From Oopsacas minuta (lineage: Eukaryota > Animalia > Porifera), in NCBI GenBank assembly GCA_024704765.1, contig JAKMXF010000298.1:462050-526049 (forward strand): a stretch of DNA of 64,000 bases, written 5' to 3'. The translations under genes were made by a program, and so were the position numbers. The notes under the pieces were generated by a model. The model was not told where the DNA came from, searched no databases, and saw only the letters and a list, made by a program, of their open reading frames with translations. This document shows, in pieces, positions 50,500 to 63,065 of this stretch (its first letter is position 1; every line of letters starts with the position of its first letter).

Positions 50500-50760
50500 G
50501 TCACGAGTTATTAGAATGACAAGATGACTAGTGAGTCAGCTCGAGTCATGAGTCTGGCTCGATGAGATGACTTGAGTCACCAAAATTTTGAACGAGTCAG
50601 CAAAATGTCACACGAGTCAGATGACTCGATGATTCAATTAATGACTCACGAGTCACCAAGTCATAACTTGCGAGGCATCGAGTCAGAATTCTAAACGAGC
50701 CGGATGACTCGGTGACTCGAATCATTCAACTTCCCATGAGTCATGAGCGACTCGATGCCT
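50500..50760. repeat. Segment dense in GAGTC/GACTC motifs
   Basis: More than 10 (T/C)GAGTCA or TGACTC motifs in both orientations within ~260 bp. Confidence 0.75.
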
Positions 50761-52176
50761 TAAGTCCTAGAGTTCGTGATGTATGAATAGCTCTGCTTAA
50801 TGTGATGAATTTTATTACGCCTAAACAAACTGAAGGATGGCCGTTTGAAGATATTTAATCGATGTATGGATTCCTTATATCAGGAAACCCTACGAAGATA
50901 GGAAGTCCCAATTTGCAAATAATAACATTGTCAGTTTTTCCAAAATGAGAATAATTAAACTGGCCTTCTCAATACTCAAATATTTTGAGTATGCCGTGAT
51001 GTACTTTGTTACCTTACCCAGCTGAGCCTTCACCCTGAATTGATATTTGGGTCCTTATGTAAAAATGTTTGTTTAAAATAGTCCCGGGTTTTAGTAACAA
51101 CGCATAAAAATTGTTTCCAGAACTGTCGCTTAGAACCACTCATCCCCCATGTGAGAACTAACCATCAGAATTCGTTATAAATTATTATCGATGTACAGTT
51201 TCTATATCAAGTTTTTTATGTTTCTGTAAAGAAAGTCCAGATTTTTTGGGGATATCACTTTATCAGGAATGCAGGGTTGCCGTGGGTACGGAATTTGAAT
51301 TCCCAACCGGACTGGTGGCGCCGGCCCTGCTAAGAATTATTTTTGAGTATTCCCTTGAGCAAATGTATCCATCTTATTCGTATAAGCAGGGCACATAGAC
51401 AATCGGAAAATAATCTAAACCAAATATGTCTCAAGGTTCAAACCTATGTGACAGTAGTAAGGCAATTAATGTAGTAGCAATTTTAGCTTGTTGCCCAGGG
51501 GCTACGCCCCCGACTCCACTGGAATACTTGCAGCGGCTCAGACCCTCAGCGCCTGCTGGATGGCTATACCCAACTAGAAATTTATAGATCTGCCACTTGC
51601 CCCTCACCTGCCCCCCTGGATAAAAATCCTGGTGACGCCCCTGATGGGGATTCCAACGGGTTTCCCATACCGATTTCCCATCTGTTTTCCCATAGGTATT
51701 CCCAAATATGAATTCTCATAGAAAGAAAATAATTCCCATTCCAATGGCAACCCTGAAAAACACCAATTTATTCATCTCTAGAGTATCACATGGCTTAATA
51801 CAAAGAATACATAGGAATTCCCGTAAGTCTTCCCGTAGCAAGAAAATGATAGCCATGCCCACGGCAACCCTGCAGAAATGTCCTGGTTTAGCCAATATTA
51901 TTCTGTATTACAATAACAACAAATTTCCCATTGTGTAGCAATAAACAGCAACTTGTCTAATTTACTTTCATATACAGAACTTACCTTCTACCATATGATC
52001 CAATATTAGACAATAATTCATTTCGATGTGATTTTCTTTCCATACAAGGTCATGACAATAAGTACAATGTAGTCCTTGACATAATGTATAATATGCATAA
52101 TCCAACCTCACTAATATGCGTATGGAAGACAATTATATTGAATATATGATACAAGATGTATTTTGTCTTGTAAAAA

Positions 52177-55100
52177 ATGAAAGAATTGAAAGAAGATAAG
52201 GAGTTTCATTCTAAATTTAGTCTGAGCTATATTACTCGATATGCCTTCAAAAAGAAACACTCTCAAAGTACATCACAACCATCTTACTCGCGAATATTCG
52301 CATTTGTGTATATTCTGAATCTGATAGTTGGAGTGGGAGCAATAGCAATGCCTAAAGCATTCGCCTTGGCAGGCTGGCTACTGGGCCTATTTCTGTTGAT
52401 AGTGCTGGCTCTACTGAGCTATATGACAGCTACATATGTTATTGAGGCAATGGCTACTGCTAATGCTTATGGGGTTATAAAGCGGAAGGAGAAAGAACGA
52501 GCATACTCTTACGCTGTGGTTATACCCAGGTCTATTCAGACAGGAGAGCATGGTGCAATGACTGAAGAGAGCATTGTACATGTGAGTAAATATCTGATTA
52601 GAAGTATTATTCTATTTTATACATGAGAAATATAATTCATGGTGCTAATGACCTTATTAGAGTAGAAATTGGTCCAAACGGTTGAACCGATACAAATTTC
52701 CATATAACAGGGCTACCCTATTTCACTGAACGGAACGGAACATTTTAATACCCCTTTTTCAGGGCTCTCAACCTGGAAACCATAAAATTGTGAGATTCGT
52801 CAAAAATCTCACTATTCTATCTTGAGATATGCAATTTAGTATTAGTTTTCTATGAAAAGACCAGGGATTCTGCAGTATTTGTAGGCCCAAAATCGTGACA
52901 CACACCACGAGATCGTGAAAGTTGAGAGCCCTGTATTTTACGGATTGAGCGGATAAGTTTTACTTACTTGTTTGCTACATATTTGACTTTCGGCTACAAA
53001 ACTACCCCTCTCTCTAGCCAAGAAAAGGTGATTGAAAATTAGAGAGGGAAAGTTTCTAGGCGGAGTACAGTCGAAATCAGATTATTTTGTCCTGAACTTC
53101 ATGCAAAATATAAATATGTATGCCATTTTCATGTAAATCTAACCGGTTTATTTTGTCCTATCTGATTATTATGTAGAATTATCCATGCAAAGATTTGGAC
53201 AAAAATAATCCAATTTCGACTGTACTTGATTTCTGCACAAATGAATGCAATTTTGACAAATTAATAACCATGGACGTGAAATGTCATAACAAATGCTTAG
53301 CAACTCTTCTTCTATTCCATTCTGTGATTTTCAAGTTAAAATTATGTCTCAATCGACTGATTTGAATTTTCCTCAAATAAAAGTTATCCTTCCGTTTCAT
53401 GAAATTCGGCAGCCGCATTATTTTAGCTTTGCAGTTTTTAGGAAATACAGTTTTAAAAGCAGCCCATTATAATATTTATGAAGCTATATTTAATGTTATC
53501 TTGCTTTATATGAGTTTAGATAATTGAGCTGTGTATGCTGACAACTGACCATGATTGACTGATCCTTCTGCTTCATACTGCTCCAACCCACTCAGCATCC
53601 CTAGATTAGACAACAATAATTGAACATTTCATCTTTCCCCCATTACAAATCGATAATATTCTCCAACTTTATTTCTGCTCAATTACAACTATACTTGTAT
53701 ATACCACTAATATTAGTCGTCACGTTTGATGAATATATTCTAGCTTAAGTAATGTGATCCTTCTCTTTTAGCGACACAAAGACACCATAGAGGATGCTGA
53801 AGTTTTCGATACCTCTCTCGTATGTGAAGAGACGTCACCCTTACTACACACCGACTATAGTCATATTGAATTATACCAGCTAAATACTCGATATGAGATG
53901 GGAGACATGGCTAATATGTTCTTTAATCCAATTGCTCGTCTCCTATACTACATAGCTATCATAGTGTATCTATACGGTGATATGGCAATTTATATCGCAA
54001 CTGTACCAAAGAGTTTAGCCAACATAACATGTGTGTCCCAGATTCCTTCTCAGAATATATCTATTCCGGGTTCTAACATATCTAATAGGACTAATGGCAC
54101 ACATGCTTCCAATGGATTATGTTTTGGGATGTTACAGTTTATGAATCTATACAGGTGAAAGAATTGTTATTATATTTTTCAATACACAATATACAGGTAA
54201 ACCTCCAAAATTCTTACAAGCGGTTCCCCCATGACACTAAGTTTCAGAGAATCCAAATACCGATCGCTTCCACAAAGCCTTAGTGAAAGGTTTTGTAAAG
54301 TTTATGATTTTGAGAAGACTTTTAAATAAAATATCGAAAAATCGAAAATTGTTTGGGATTCATGGTTCCTAATGTTAATGCAAACATCTTTTGCGAAGCA
54401 TTTTATTTGTATTTAGAGACAGCAGGTATGGTCAGTATCTAAATATGGTTATTCGTAAGATATGGGATATCTCACGTTCTTAATATTATTAAATCTAACT
54501 ATTGTCTGTTTGTTTGTCGGTATGCAATTTTGAAATTGTCGCATAATTATGTATTTATCGTGTTTATCAAGGAAGTAAATAGAATTCAATGAAACTTAAA
54601 TATATCGAACATGCTGAATCCGATTTTCACACTTTTGGATTAATCATATGTAAATTTATTGTTGTTTGAAGGAATATAAAGTAAATCAATTAGTCAAATT
54701 TCAATATATACGTACAGGCTTGCTCTAAACAGCTACCCAAGGGTAACTAAGTAGGTTAAATCCGAATTTCGCGTTTTCAATATCTCATATGTAAATTAAA
54801 AAAGCAACGACAAGTACTTAACACTCCCTAATGATTTAACTGAGGTGTAATTTCTCCATCCGGCAGCCAAGCTTCTGATTTGGTTGAATATTTCTATAAT
54901 TGCGTAATACTTAAGTATATAGTAGCTATACTATTTAGTTTTCATATAAACTTGCTGACCTGCTTGCATGAAATTATATATGAATGCCTGACCTGACCAG
55001 CATGCTTATTTGGCCATGTCATGTGTTCATATAATTCTAAGTTGTACAATACACGTATAACGTATGCTACGTTATACGTGATGATCAATTTGAAAGTATT

Positions 55101-58100
55101 ATAGGTTACCTCGAATAGGAGATTTTGATATTTTAGACTTGTATATGTCCCATAATTATCAAGCAGATTCCTTATATATATAGCTGAGCTATAGTATAGT
55201 ACAGTTTTTGTAATACAAAATCCCCATACCCTCATTCGAAAAGGTGACTTTCATTAGGCCTAAAAAATGACCTTTCCTCGAACATAGGAAAGCTAATACA
55301 CAAAATCTGTTCTATAATATAGTTGAGCTATCTATAAGTTATTTGATTATCAAGTATTATATAATTTGGCCAACTTAGCTGAGATTCTCATTAACAATTC
55401 GATAACTACTGTTTTCATTGAAATATCTATTGCAGAAATCAGCCCAATAGAAGTTACGTCACCAAAAATTGTAGATTGTACGTATAATACGTATTACATA
55501 ACTTGATATAATAATTATAATTATATAAAATGATTTTTTAGAAGCTGAATACTTCTATAAATTTTATAGTGTGACAATTTTGGCCTCAACAGTGGCTTAA
55601 AGTTCTAATTTCAAACTGTAGATAATGCAGGCAATCATCAATGACTTGACAAATTCAATCCTTTATGAATCATTTATCGCTATTTGTTAATATGGAATTA
55701 TTAGAGTAGCTCTAATCTTGATAAAAGTCCGCATTGGAACTCACATGTAAATGGAACTCGGGAATTTATAATCAAAATTTTAACTGATAAGTGCAAAGTC
55801 TGCAGATATCAGTGATGCATAGCAAATTTGGTACAATTCCTCTGGCTATATCTAATTTATTGGATTGGATATATTCCATTCGAAAAATAAATTTCAAATC
55901 GAAAATATTGAATGCATACTCAAGCCAGCTGCTATAAATGCAAATTGTCTGGAGTCATAGGCGTAGCTAGGGGGTTGCTGTCAGCAACCCCTGGATTACT
56001 GGGGATACACGCAATATCTTTCTTATTGGGGTTGCTAGTAACCCCAGTGGCAATCCCAAAGAGGAAAGCTAGCTACGCCTCTGTCTGGAGTATGCACCAT
56101 ATAGTAGTGGCGTAGTAATAACAAGCATAAGTAATCCAAGGAATCTGGGATAAGGCCTTTTATCTGTCATTTATCCCCATCATCCAGTAAATGTGTTTCA
56201 TGTGAGTCTGAACTTCTATATTAAACCTCGCTCTATATATTATACAAAAGGATCATATAGTCTAGGATAATCATAAATATTGCCATTGAAATGCTACTGG
56301 AATGTTTTATTGGGTATTCTGTTATTAATAGTTTATTTTAGGATCTACATAGTGTCATTTATCCTTCTACTCGGTCCCCTCATATTCTTCGATCTCAGCA
56401 AGTCAAAATGGCTACAACTGTTCACTGCTATTCTTCGTAATATATCACTAATAATGATGATACTAATAGCTGCTATTCAAATTGGAGTAGGAAAGAGAAC
56501 TATGCCATCAATTGCCAACTTCTCTTTTGTTCCTAATCTATTCGGTGTGATAATATACGCATTTATGTGTCAACACTCTATCCCAGGAATGATCACTCCC
56601 CTGAATACCAAGCGAAAAGTTAATCTGCTTTTGTTTGTGGATTATTTCTCTATTCTATGTTACTACGCTACTCTAGCATTTACTGCTGCATTCAGGTTAG
56701 TAGTTATTCCATTATTTTATAATGTGAATTTGAATTTGAATTTGAAATTTCTCAGTCAGCAGTCGAATATAGTAATCCGTTGTCAAATATTTGGTATTTT
56801 ACACCGAATTACTTTATTCACTGAATATTTTTTGCTGCTTTGATCATGTAAATATGATAGTATAACTTTAATGCATATTATTTCGGGTTATTTTTGCCTC
56901 TCTGTTTGCGTGTGTCGAGTGATCAAACATTCCCGATTTCGAGTACAATTAATAGTGAAAATTATTTAGTTATTATACTTAATTTATTGATTATTGTTGT
57001 CTCTGTATAATACTAAGTATCTCGCCCTATAAGCATATAATGGTTAGTAGTTGCAACGGGTTATTTTACCTATCTGGTCTTTGCCTCTTTCTCCGTGCAT
57101 TTTGGTGGGCAACACCCCCGGCTGTACAAGTCTTCGAATTTAATATGTCCTGAATTGTTTCTCGACATTTTTAAACCGTACCTCTATGGCTCTATCCATT
57201 TGATGAGCCTTCCTCCCATTAAAACTATACTTTCTGTGTGTCCGTGACTCTTTAATAATCTATGAACTCCGAGTTGGCAAACACTGATTGACTTGATCAC
57301 TGTAATACATGTACTATTGTTTATATCATCTCATCTCTGGCTAATAATATATAATGTTCATAGGTTCATTACACTAACCCTGAGCTGCTCCAAGGTGAAA
57401 AACATATTTTCACCCATTATTACGGAAAATAACAGAATATATCTATCGAATATTTTACCATAAATTGCATATTGGTTTTGCATATTTATAACAGTGATAA
57501 CTCATATTTTCCGACAGTGATTATGATTATTGATCTCTCTTAGATTTAACGCTGATGCAATGGAAGACGTATACACTCTGAATTTCAAGAACACCTTCCC
57601 AACTTTTCCTATACTTTCTTATATAATCTATTACTTCTTAGCGTTATTTCCTGTGTTCACACTAAGCACTAGCTTCCCAATTATTGGTATAACACTTAGG
57701 GAGAACTTGAAATCACTTTGGTCACAATTTAGACCTGAGAAACCCTGGGTGATCGATAGATTACTGTTCCCTATCCTGGCTCTAGTCCCGCCAATAATAA
57801 TTGCATTCTTCACCATGGATGTTGAGCTTTTGGTTGGTATTACAGGTTCTTATGCTGGAGTATGTGTGCAGTATCTTATTCCTGTCGCTCTCGTGTTTGC
57901 AAGCAGACGTGTCATAATTCGCGAAAGAGGAAAGTATATGAATCCACATAAATCTCCTTTCTCTCATTGGCTGTTTCTCCTTATGATCGTGATCTGGTCT
58001 GTGATCTGTCTTATTGTGATGACAATTGATCGTATTGACTCATACCTACACTTTCTCACACCTAATAACCATAATAATGTTTCGAATTACACCATCTACT

Positions 58101-58102
58101 GA
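52177..58102 (+). CDS. TMEM104: TMEM104 / SLC38A12-like amino-acid transporter (4 exons, ~566 aa)
   Basis: Exons 52177-52581, 53772-54154, 56342-56695, 57544-58102 join in frame (phases 0,2,2). LNLIVGVGAIAMPKAF, YVIEAMATANA, EMGDMANMFF, YLYGDMAIY, FMCQHSIP, FPVFTLSTSFPII, GITGSYAG. Start codon less certain. Confidence 0.92.
52760..52933. mobile_element. hAT-like MITE (partial copy ~58570-58615)
   Basis: Perfect 13-bp TIR CAGGGCTCTCAAC / GTTGAGAGCCCTG; no TSD seen. Confidence 0.75.
55956..56083. mobile_element. hAT MITE in TMEM104 intron 2
   Basis: TIR cataggcgtagctag / ctagctacgcctctg; perfect 8-bp TSD TCTGGAGT. Confidence 0.92.
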
Positions 58103-58624
58103 TTATTCTGCAGGAAAGATTCTGTATATTTTAGAATCTGTTTTATAGATAGTATTTTTGTATTAACACCTATGAGATGCCTTGTACTGTTGTACCCTAA
58201 TGGCCTGGACGATGTGTAGTCCTTCTGTCTGTGCTGTCAAGCGAACTCTAGCAGTCTGATTAACACGAATATTAGTACACATTTACATATTGGGTAGGAT
58301 ACTTTCACGGTTGTACCTGTGCGTGAAATACATTTATAAGGTGAATATTCACTCCTTTTTAGCGATTAATCATATTTTACTATCCGGCGCGCGCCTGCAG
58401 GTGCTGAGGTTTCGTGATTTCAGCTATTAAAATCTAGTTGCATGAAAATTCTGTAAAGATTCATATTTGTAATACAGCCAACAAAATATCACTGGCATTA
58501 ACAAATTTTCTAAAATGCTTTCAGAGGCTTATTTTCTGGGCCTCTGGATATATATCTTTGATTATACATATAAAAATCTCACGATTCTATCGTGAGATTG
58601 CAGGTTGAGAGCCCTGCAAATTTA

Positions 58625-59150
58625 TTGGACGTGGCGTAACATGATGGTCCCGGAAATATAGATGCCTAAAGTACGGGATATGACGTTGCAGTAACCCCCC
58701 CAATTTCATCTCTCAAAGTGTATAACTATATGTTTTATGGATAAGACACCGCCACCTGTTTATTCAGAGTGTATGGACTCCGAGATTCTGCTCCAGAGTG
58801 TTTTACTTGCTCCCGGTGTGATCGTCTTATTGGGACCTAAAACCATCATTTTTATCGCTAGCATATCGGAAACCAATCCAGTGAAATAAGACCCCTTACT
58901 AACTTCTCACACTAGCTATAATACGTCATAAATTGCTCGTTGGCCCAAATTTCTTACTGTTTAGTTATCAGGCCACCTTCACCCGCTTTTACCGGCCTCA
59001 GAATATTTCACGTACTAGCTCTAAGATCCCGGTATAGTAAGGCTAGCACACATGAAGCATATAGTTATACACTTTGGGTGATGCATTTAATAAGCTACCA
59101 TAACTTCACGTCCCGTATGCATTTTCCGGGACCATCACATCAAGTCAAGT
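58625..59150. mobile_element. Degenerate inverted-repeat element between TMEM104 and SMPD1
   Basis: gatggtcccggaaat...tacggga vs tcccgtatgcattttccgggaccatc. Confidence 0.5.
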
Positions 59151-59569
59151 CCCGGAAATTAGGCACGCCCCCAGCAAGAGTGTTGTCAATTACCAACGAT
59201 ATAAATTTAGTCGTCACTAGGCTTCAAGACTTGGGAAAGCGCTTCTCGCGTATAATAATTAACGACATCAGGGGGATGTCATATTTCTTTGTTCTATATT
59301 CGATTACATTTCATTGAACCTAAATACTTGGGTACTTGAACGCGTAACAATATGAAAATGTGTTGGTAATTTGACTATACTTTGGTTGGTAATTTGCAGC
59401 ATTCCCCTCATAATATCATAGATCCTTAATACATTCTTGGTTCAGATTACCTTGTAATATACTTAATCGATGTAACTTGAATTCAGTTTAATCATAGATT
59501 TAACTTGATCAAATTACTAATAATAATATAGGCTATTTTAATGCTAATTCTGATTTGTATTTTGGTAAA

Positions 59570-61324
59570 ATGAACTATTCTTTGATTGTATTTTCTGTAA
59601 TATTCTTTTCTATCAACTTTGTTGTTAGTAGGCCTGTCCTACTTGATGGACATTCGTATTCACATAATATAATCAATAATAAAGTGGATAGCAAATTAAC
59701 ATGCGAATTATGTAAAGCTATATTCGCAGAAGTGCAAAAGCTCGCAGAACAGGGCAAAACAGAAGATGAATTGGCGAAGATAATCACAGATATTTGCATT
59801 ATATTCCAGCTTCAAGATGATAATGTATGTCATTTAGTAGTACCGGAATTTAGAGACGAAGTATTAACTGTTGCGTTTACCGTAGGATTGAATGGTGATG
59901 AAGTTTGCGGAATTATATTGGGACCAACTTGTGGTATTCCATATGACCCTTTTAACCAGACATGGAGTGTCAAAATGTTGAATACAACAAAACCGCCTAT
60001 AAAGGAGATGAAACTACCAGCTAAAGGAGCAAAACAAACTCGAATACTTCACATAACAGACATCCACTATGATGCCATGTACACAGAGGGATTGAGTATT
60101 GATTGTGGTGAGCCATTATGTTGCAGACCACCCAATAAGCCAAACGCAACCTACGGTGCTCACAAGTGGGGTGAGTTTAAATGCGACCTCAGTACAATTT
60201 TACTGCATAATTTTATGCAGAAAGTGGTTGCTATGAAGAATGACTATGACGTTATCTATGTTACGGGAGATCTACCACCACACAACGTATGGAATCAGTC
60301 ACGTGACGATCAGATCACAGCTATCTCATATGTAATCAATCTATTCAAAACGATGTTACCCAATAAGAAAGTGTATTTTGCAGTAGGGAATCACGAAGGA
60401 CTGCCAGTAAATGCTTTCCCGCCTGTTAATGTGAAAGAGGCTCACTCTGGTCAATGGCTGAGAGATTTCCTTTCTGAAAAGTGGGGTAATTGGTTGCCTG
60501 AGGATACCAAGCAGACGATACAACAAGGAATATTCTATACAACTCTTGTGAAACCTGGACTGAGGATTATATCTCTAAACATGAACTATTGTAACAACAG
60601 GAATTGGTGGCTGTTAATTAATGCAACAGATCCAGCTGGTCAGCTTCAGTGGCTTGTCAGAACGCTGCAGTCTGCAGAGGACAAGGGAGAACGGGTCCAT
60701 ATAATAGGACATATACCTTCAGGAGGAGGGGACTGTATCAAGACATGGAGCTGGCAATATTTCAAGATATTGCTCCGGTACGAGAACACCATATCTGCTC
60801 AGTTCATGGGACATACACACAATGATATATTCACTGTGTACTTTGACCCCAACAATATAACGAGACCTTTCAGTGTACTATTCACTGCAGGCAGTGTAAC
60901 TCCGCTAACTGACCTGAATCCTGGTTTCAAGATCTTCTCTGTGGATGGTGGGTATAAGGAGTGTAGTTGGGGTGTACTGGACTTTACCAGCTACTACATG
61001 GATCTTATGCAGGTTGATAGAGACGATAAACCGGTTTGGAATATACAGTATAAAGCTTCAGAAGTGTATGGTATTCAGGCAGGCTATCCAAAGTATATGA
61101 GTGATTTGTTGACCAAGTTTACGAAAAACGACACACTTTTTGGTAAATATATAAATTATAGAGCAAAGAGTGCACCGCATAGTGTTTGCAATGCAAGCTG
61201 TAAGAAGTCGGTTTTGTGTGAAATGAGGTGTGGGAGGTCACACGACGAAACTACATTCTGTAATTTGAATGAGAAAGAGAGGAAATATCATAATATACGG
61301 ATCCAAGAGGAATTGACTTGTTAA
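59570..61324 (+). CDS. SMPD1: Acid sphingomyelinase, intronless, 584 aa
   Basis: Signal peptide; saposin-B domain (CELC...C..VCHLVV...VCGIILG..C); metallophosphatase motifs HITDIHYD, VTGDLPPH, AVGNHE, IIGHIP, FMGHTH. Confidence 0.96.
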   Translation: MNYSLIVFSVIFFSINFVVSRPVLLDGHSYSHNIINNKVDSKLTCELCKAIFAEVQKLAEQGKTEDELAKIITDICIIFQLQDDNVCHLVVPEFRDEVLTVAFTVGLNGDEVCGIILGPTCGIPYDPFNQTWSVKMLNTTKPPIKEMKLPAKGAKQTRILHITDIHYDAMYTEGLSIDCGEPLCCRPPNKPNATYGAHKWGEFKCDLSTILLHNFMQKVVAMKNDYDVIYVTGDLPPHNVWNQSRDDQITAISYVINLFKTMLPNKKVYFAVGNHEGLPVNAFPPVNVKEAHSGQWLRDFLSEKWGNWLPEDTKQTIQQGIFYTTLVKPGLRIISLNMNYCNNRNWWLLINATDPAGQLQWLVRTLQSAEDKGERVHIIGHIPSGGGDCIKTWSWQYFKILLRYENTISAQFMGHTHNDIFTVYFDPNNITRPFSVLFTAGSVTPLTDLNPGFKIFSVDGGYKECSWGVLDFTSYYMDLMQVDRDDKPVWNIQYKASEVYGIQAGYPKYMSDLLTKFTKNDTLFGKYINYRAKSAPHSVCNASCKKSVLCEMRCGRSHDETTFCNLNEKERKYHNIRIQEELTC

Positions 61325-61857
61325 TCCAGTGATTATTAGTTACCGATTTGTAGTATATTGAATAGAATTCTTAGTGTACTTGTAATATTTAGTAGATATA
61401 TTCCCAAAACTCCCAATAAACTTGGCGATTAAGTGGATGTCACTTTAACTGTAATTTGGAAGAAATATGGTCAAAATAATACAATTTTCATATCTGCAAA
61501 TCATTGGAATATCTAACTGAATCAAATTCTCAATACCAAAGTGAAAATTTTACGCCCGCGCTTCGCTTACTCGTGCTCCTCGGCTTGTGAACACAAATAT
61601 GGGACTCAGCACTTGGCTAAGTTATAAGATCAATTCATTGAAAATCGTGAAGAATAATGAATAATTCTTGAATAATGAATATTTGAATAATTCATGAAAA
61701 AGAATATTTTAAAAGATTTTATTAATTAATGAATTTATCCAATCTATACTGTTAAAATGGTGGACGTTTTAACAGTATAGATTGCATAAATCCATGGCAT
61801 TCTAAATGTAGCCACTTGAAACTGACACATCGGACACAGTTAAGGGGTGGCTCTTGT

Positions 61858-61967
61858 CTAGATATATACTGTACGATCCGCTTCGCTTGCTCGCGGTGTG
61901 CTACTCGCGAACAATTTGTATTCGTATGGGACTCGGCACTTCGTGCCGAATTTAACAAAGTATAAAA
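61858..61967 (-). mobile_element. Helitron/Helentron-like short repeat, best-preserved copy
   Basis: Minus strand begins TTTTATAC, has hairpin TCGGCAC-GAA-GTGCCGA and ends GCGAGCAAGCGAAGCGG...ATATCTAG. Confidence 0.6.
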
Positions 61968-63065
61968 TGCTAATAAATTAATATTTCAGCAATTTGTTGA
62001 CTTTATATTCATAAAAACAACAATGAATATACATATGAGAAACTTGAATATGCGAAATTCGGAATCAGCATACTCGCTAACCCTAATGTAATTGTTTACT
62101 TTTCCTATATCGTCAACAGAAGGAAGTTATTTCCTATATTATATACGTATATCATCTCCCCTATCATTATAATACAAAGTGGACAAAAATCAAGCACACT
62201 TTCACATGTTATAATTATGCGACCAGTGCACGTAGATGATGTCATTTAGAATAAATCAATACTAAACTAAGAAGTTTCTGTTATTTGAATATCTGCTTAT
62301 TCTGACACCTCAGTGACTAACGGTGACGTTGCAAAAATTGGCAAATTCGTATTCACCATACTAAGTTACCGGCAACTTAATGCTTTTAGAGGAATTTCCC
62401 TACAATATTTGATACTCTTAATTTCATATACGAAATGTGTCTCACTGAAACTTCCATACGCTCTACATACGTATCTCTATAATCTATCTAAATCTTGCTT
62501 ATATCAAATCTTCACTATCATCAATTTCATGACGTGTTGATTAGGAAGAACTACATCAGGAGGTGGTTGAAGTAATTTGAATGAGCCAAATCAAACAGCT
62601 CTTAGGTTGTACTTGAGGAACTAGGGATCGACGGGTAGCGGGGCCCCATGCACTGGCCGCATAAATATAACGTGTTAAAGTGTGCTCGATTTTTTCGCTG
62701 CAATACTTAGCTATTTGTAATTATTGCCATTGAATTGTTAAAGCTCTGAATCCACCTTTTGGGGTGTTACTATCTGGAATGCATATAATTATTACCGGGC
62801 CTGCCAACTCTCTAGCTTTTTGGTTTAATCTCCCTCTCTCAAGCCAAGTCCCACAAATTTCTCGCTTTTTTAAATATTCCATTTGAAGAATTATTACCTG
62901 AAATTCGGATAATTTTGTAATCGTAATGTTTTAGTGCATTCTATTTCGCCCACAATATCATCGACAATAATATAATCGGTAGCAACACAATTGTTCTATA
63001 TTCACTCGATCAAAACTGGAACATTAGTATATATAGTGTATATTGATAATTATTTCACCTGTAGA

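Noticed and set aside
1463-59799. Many short ORF-track entries (e.g. 1463-1813, 7128-7418, 14270-14584, 27201-27452, 28292-28621, 57631-57967)
   Set aside because: They lie antisense or out of frame to well-supported genes and show no recognisable domains.
21755-62991. GTG/TTG starts in the ORF track for GST (21755), GT31-A (34201), SMPD1 (59555) and NHL (62991)
   Set aside because: A downstream ATG fits family N-termini or paralog alignment better in a eukaryote.
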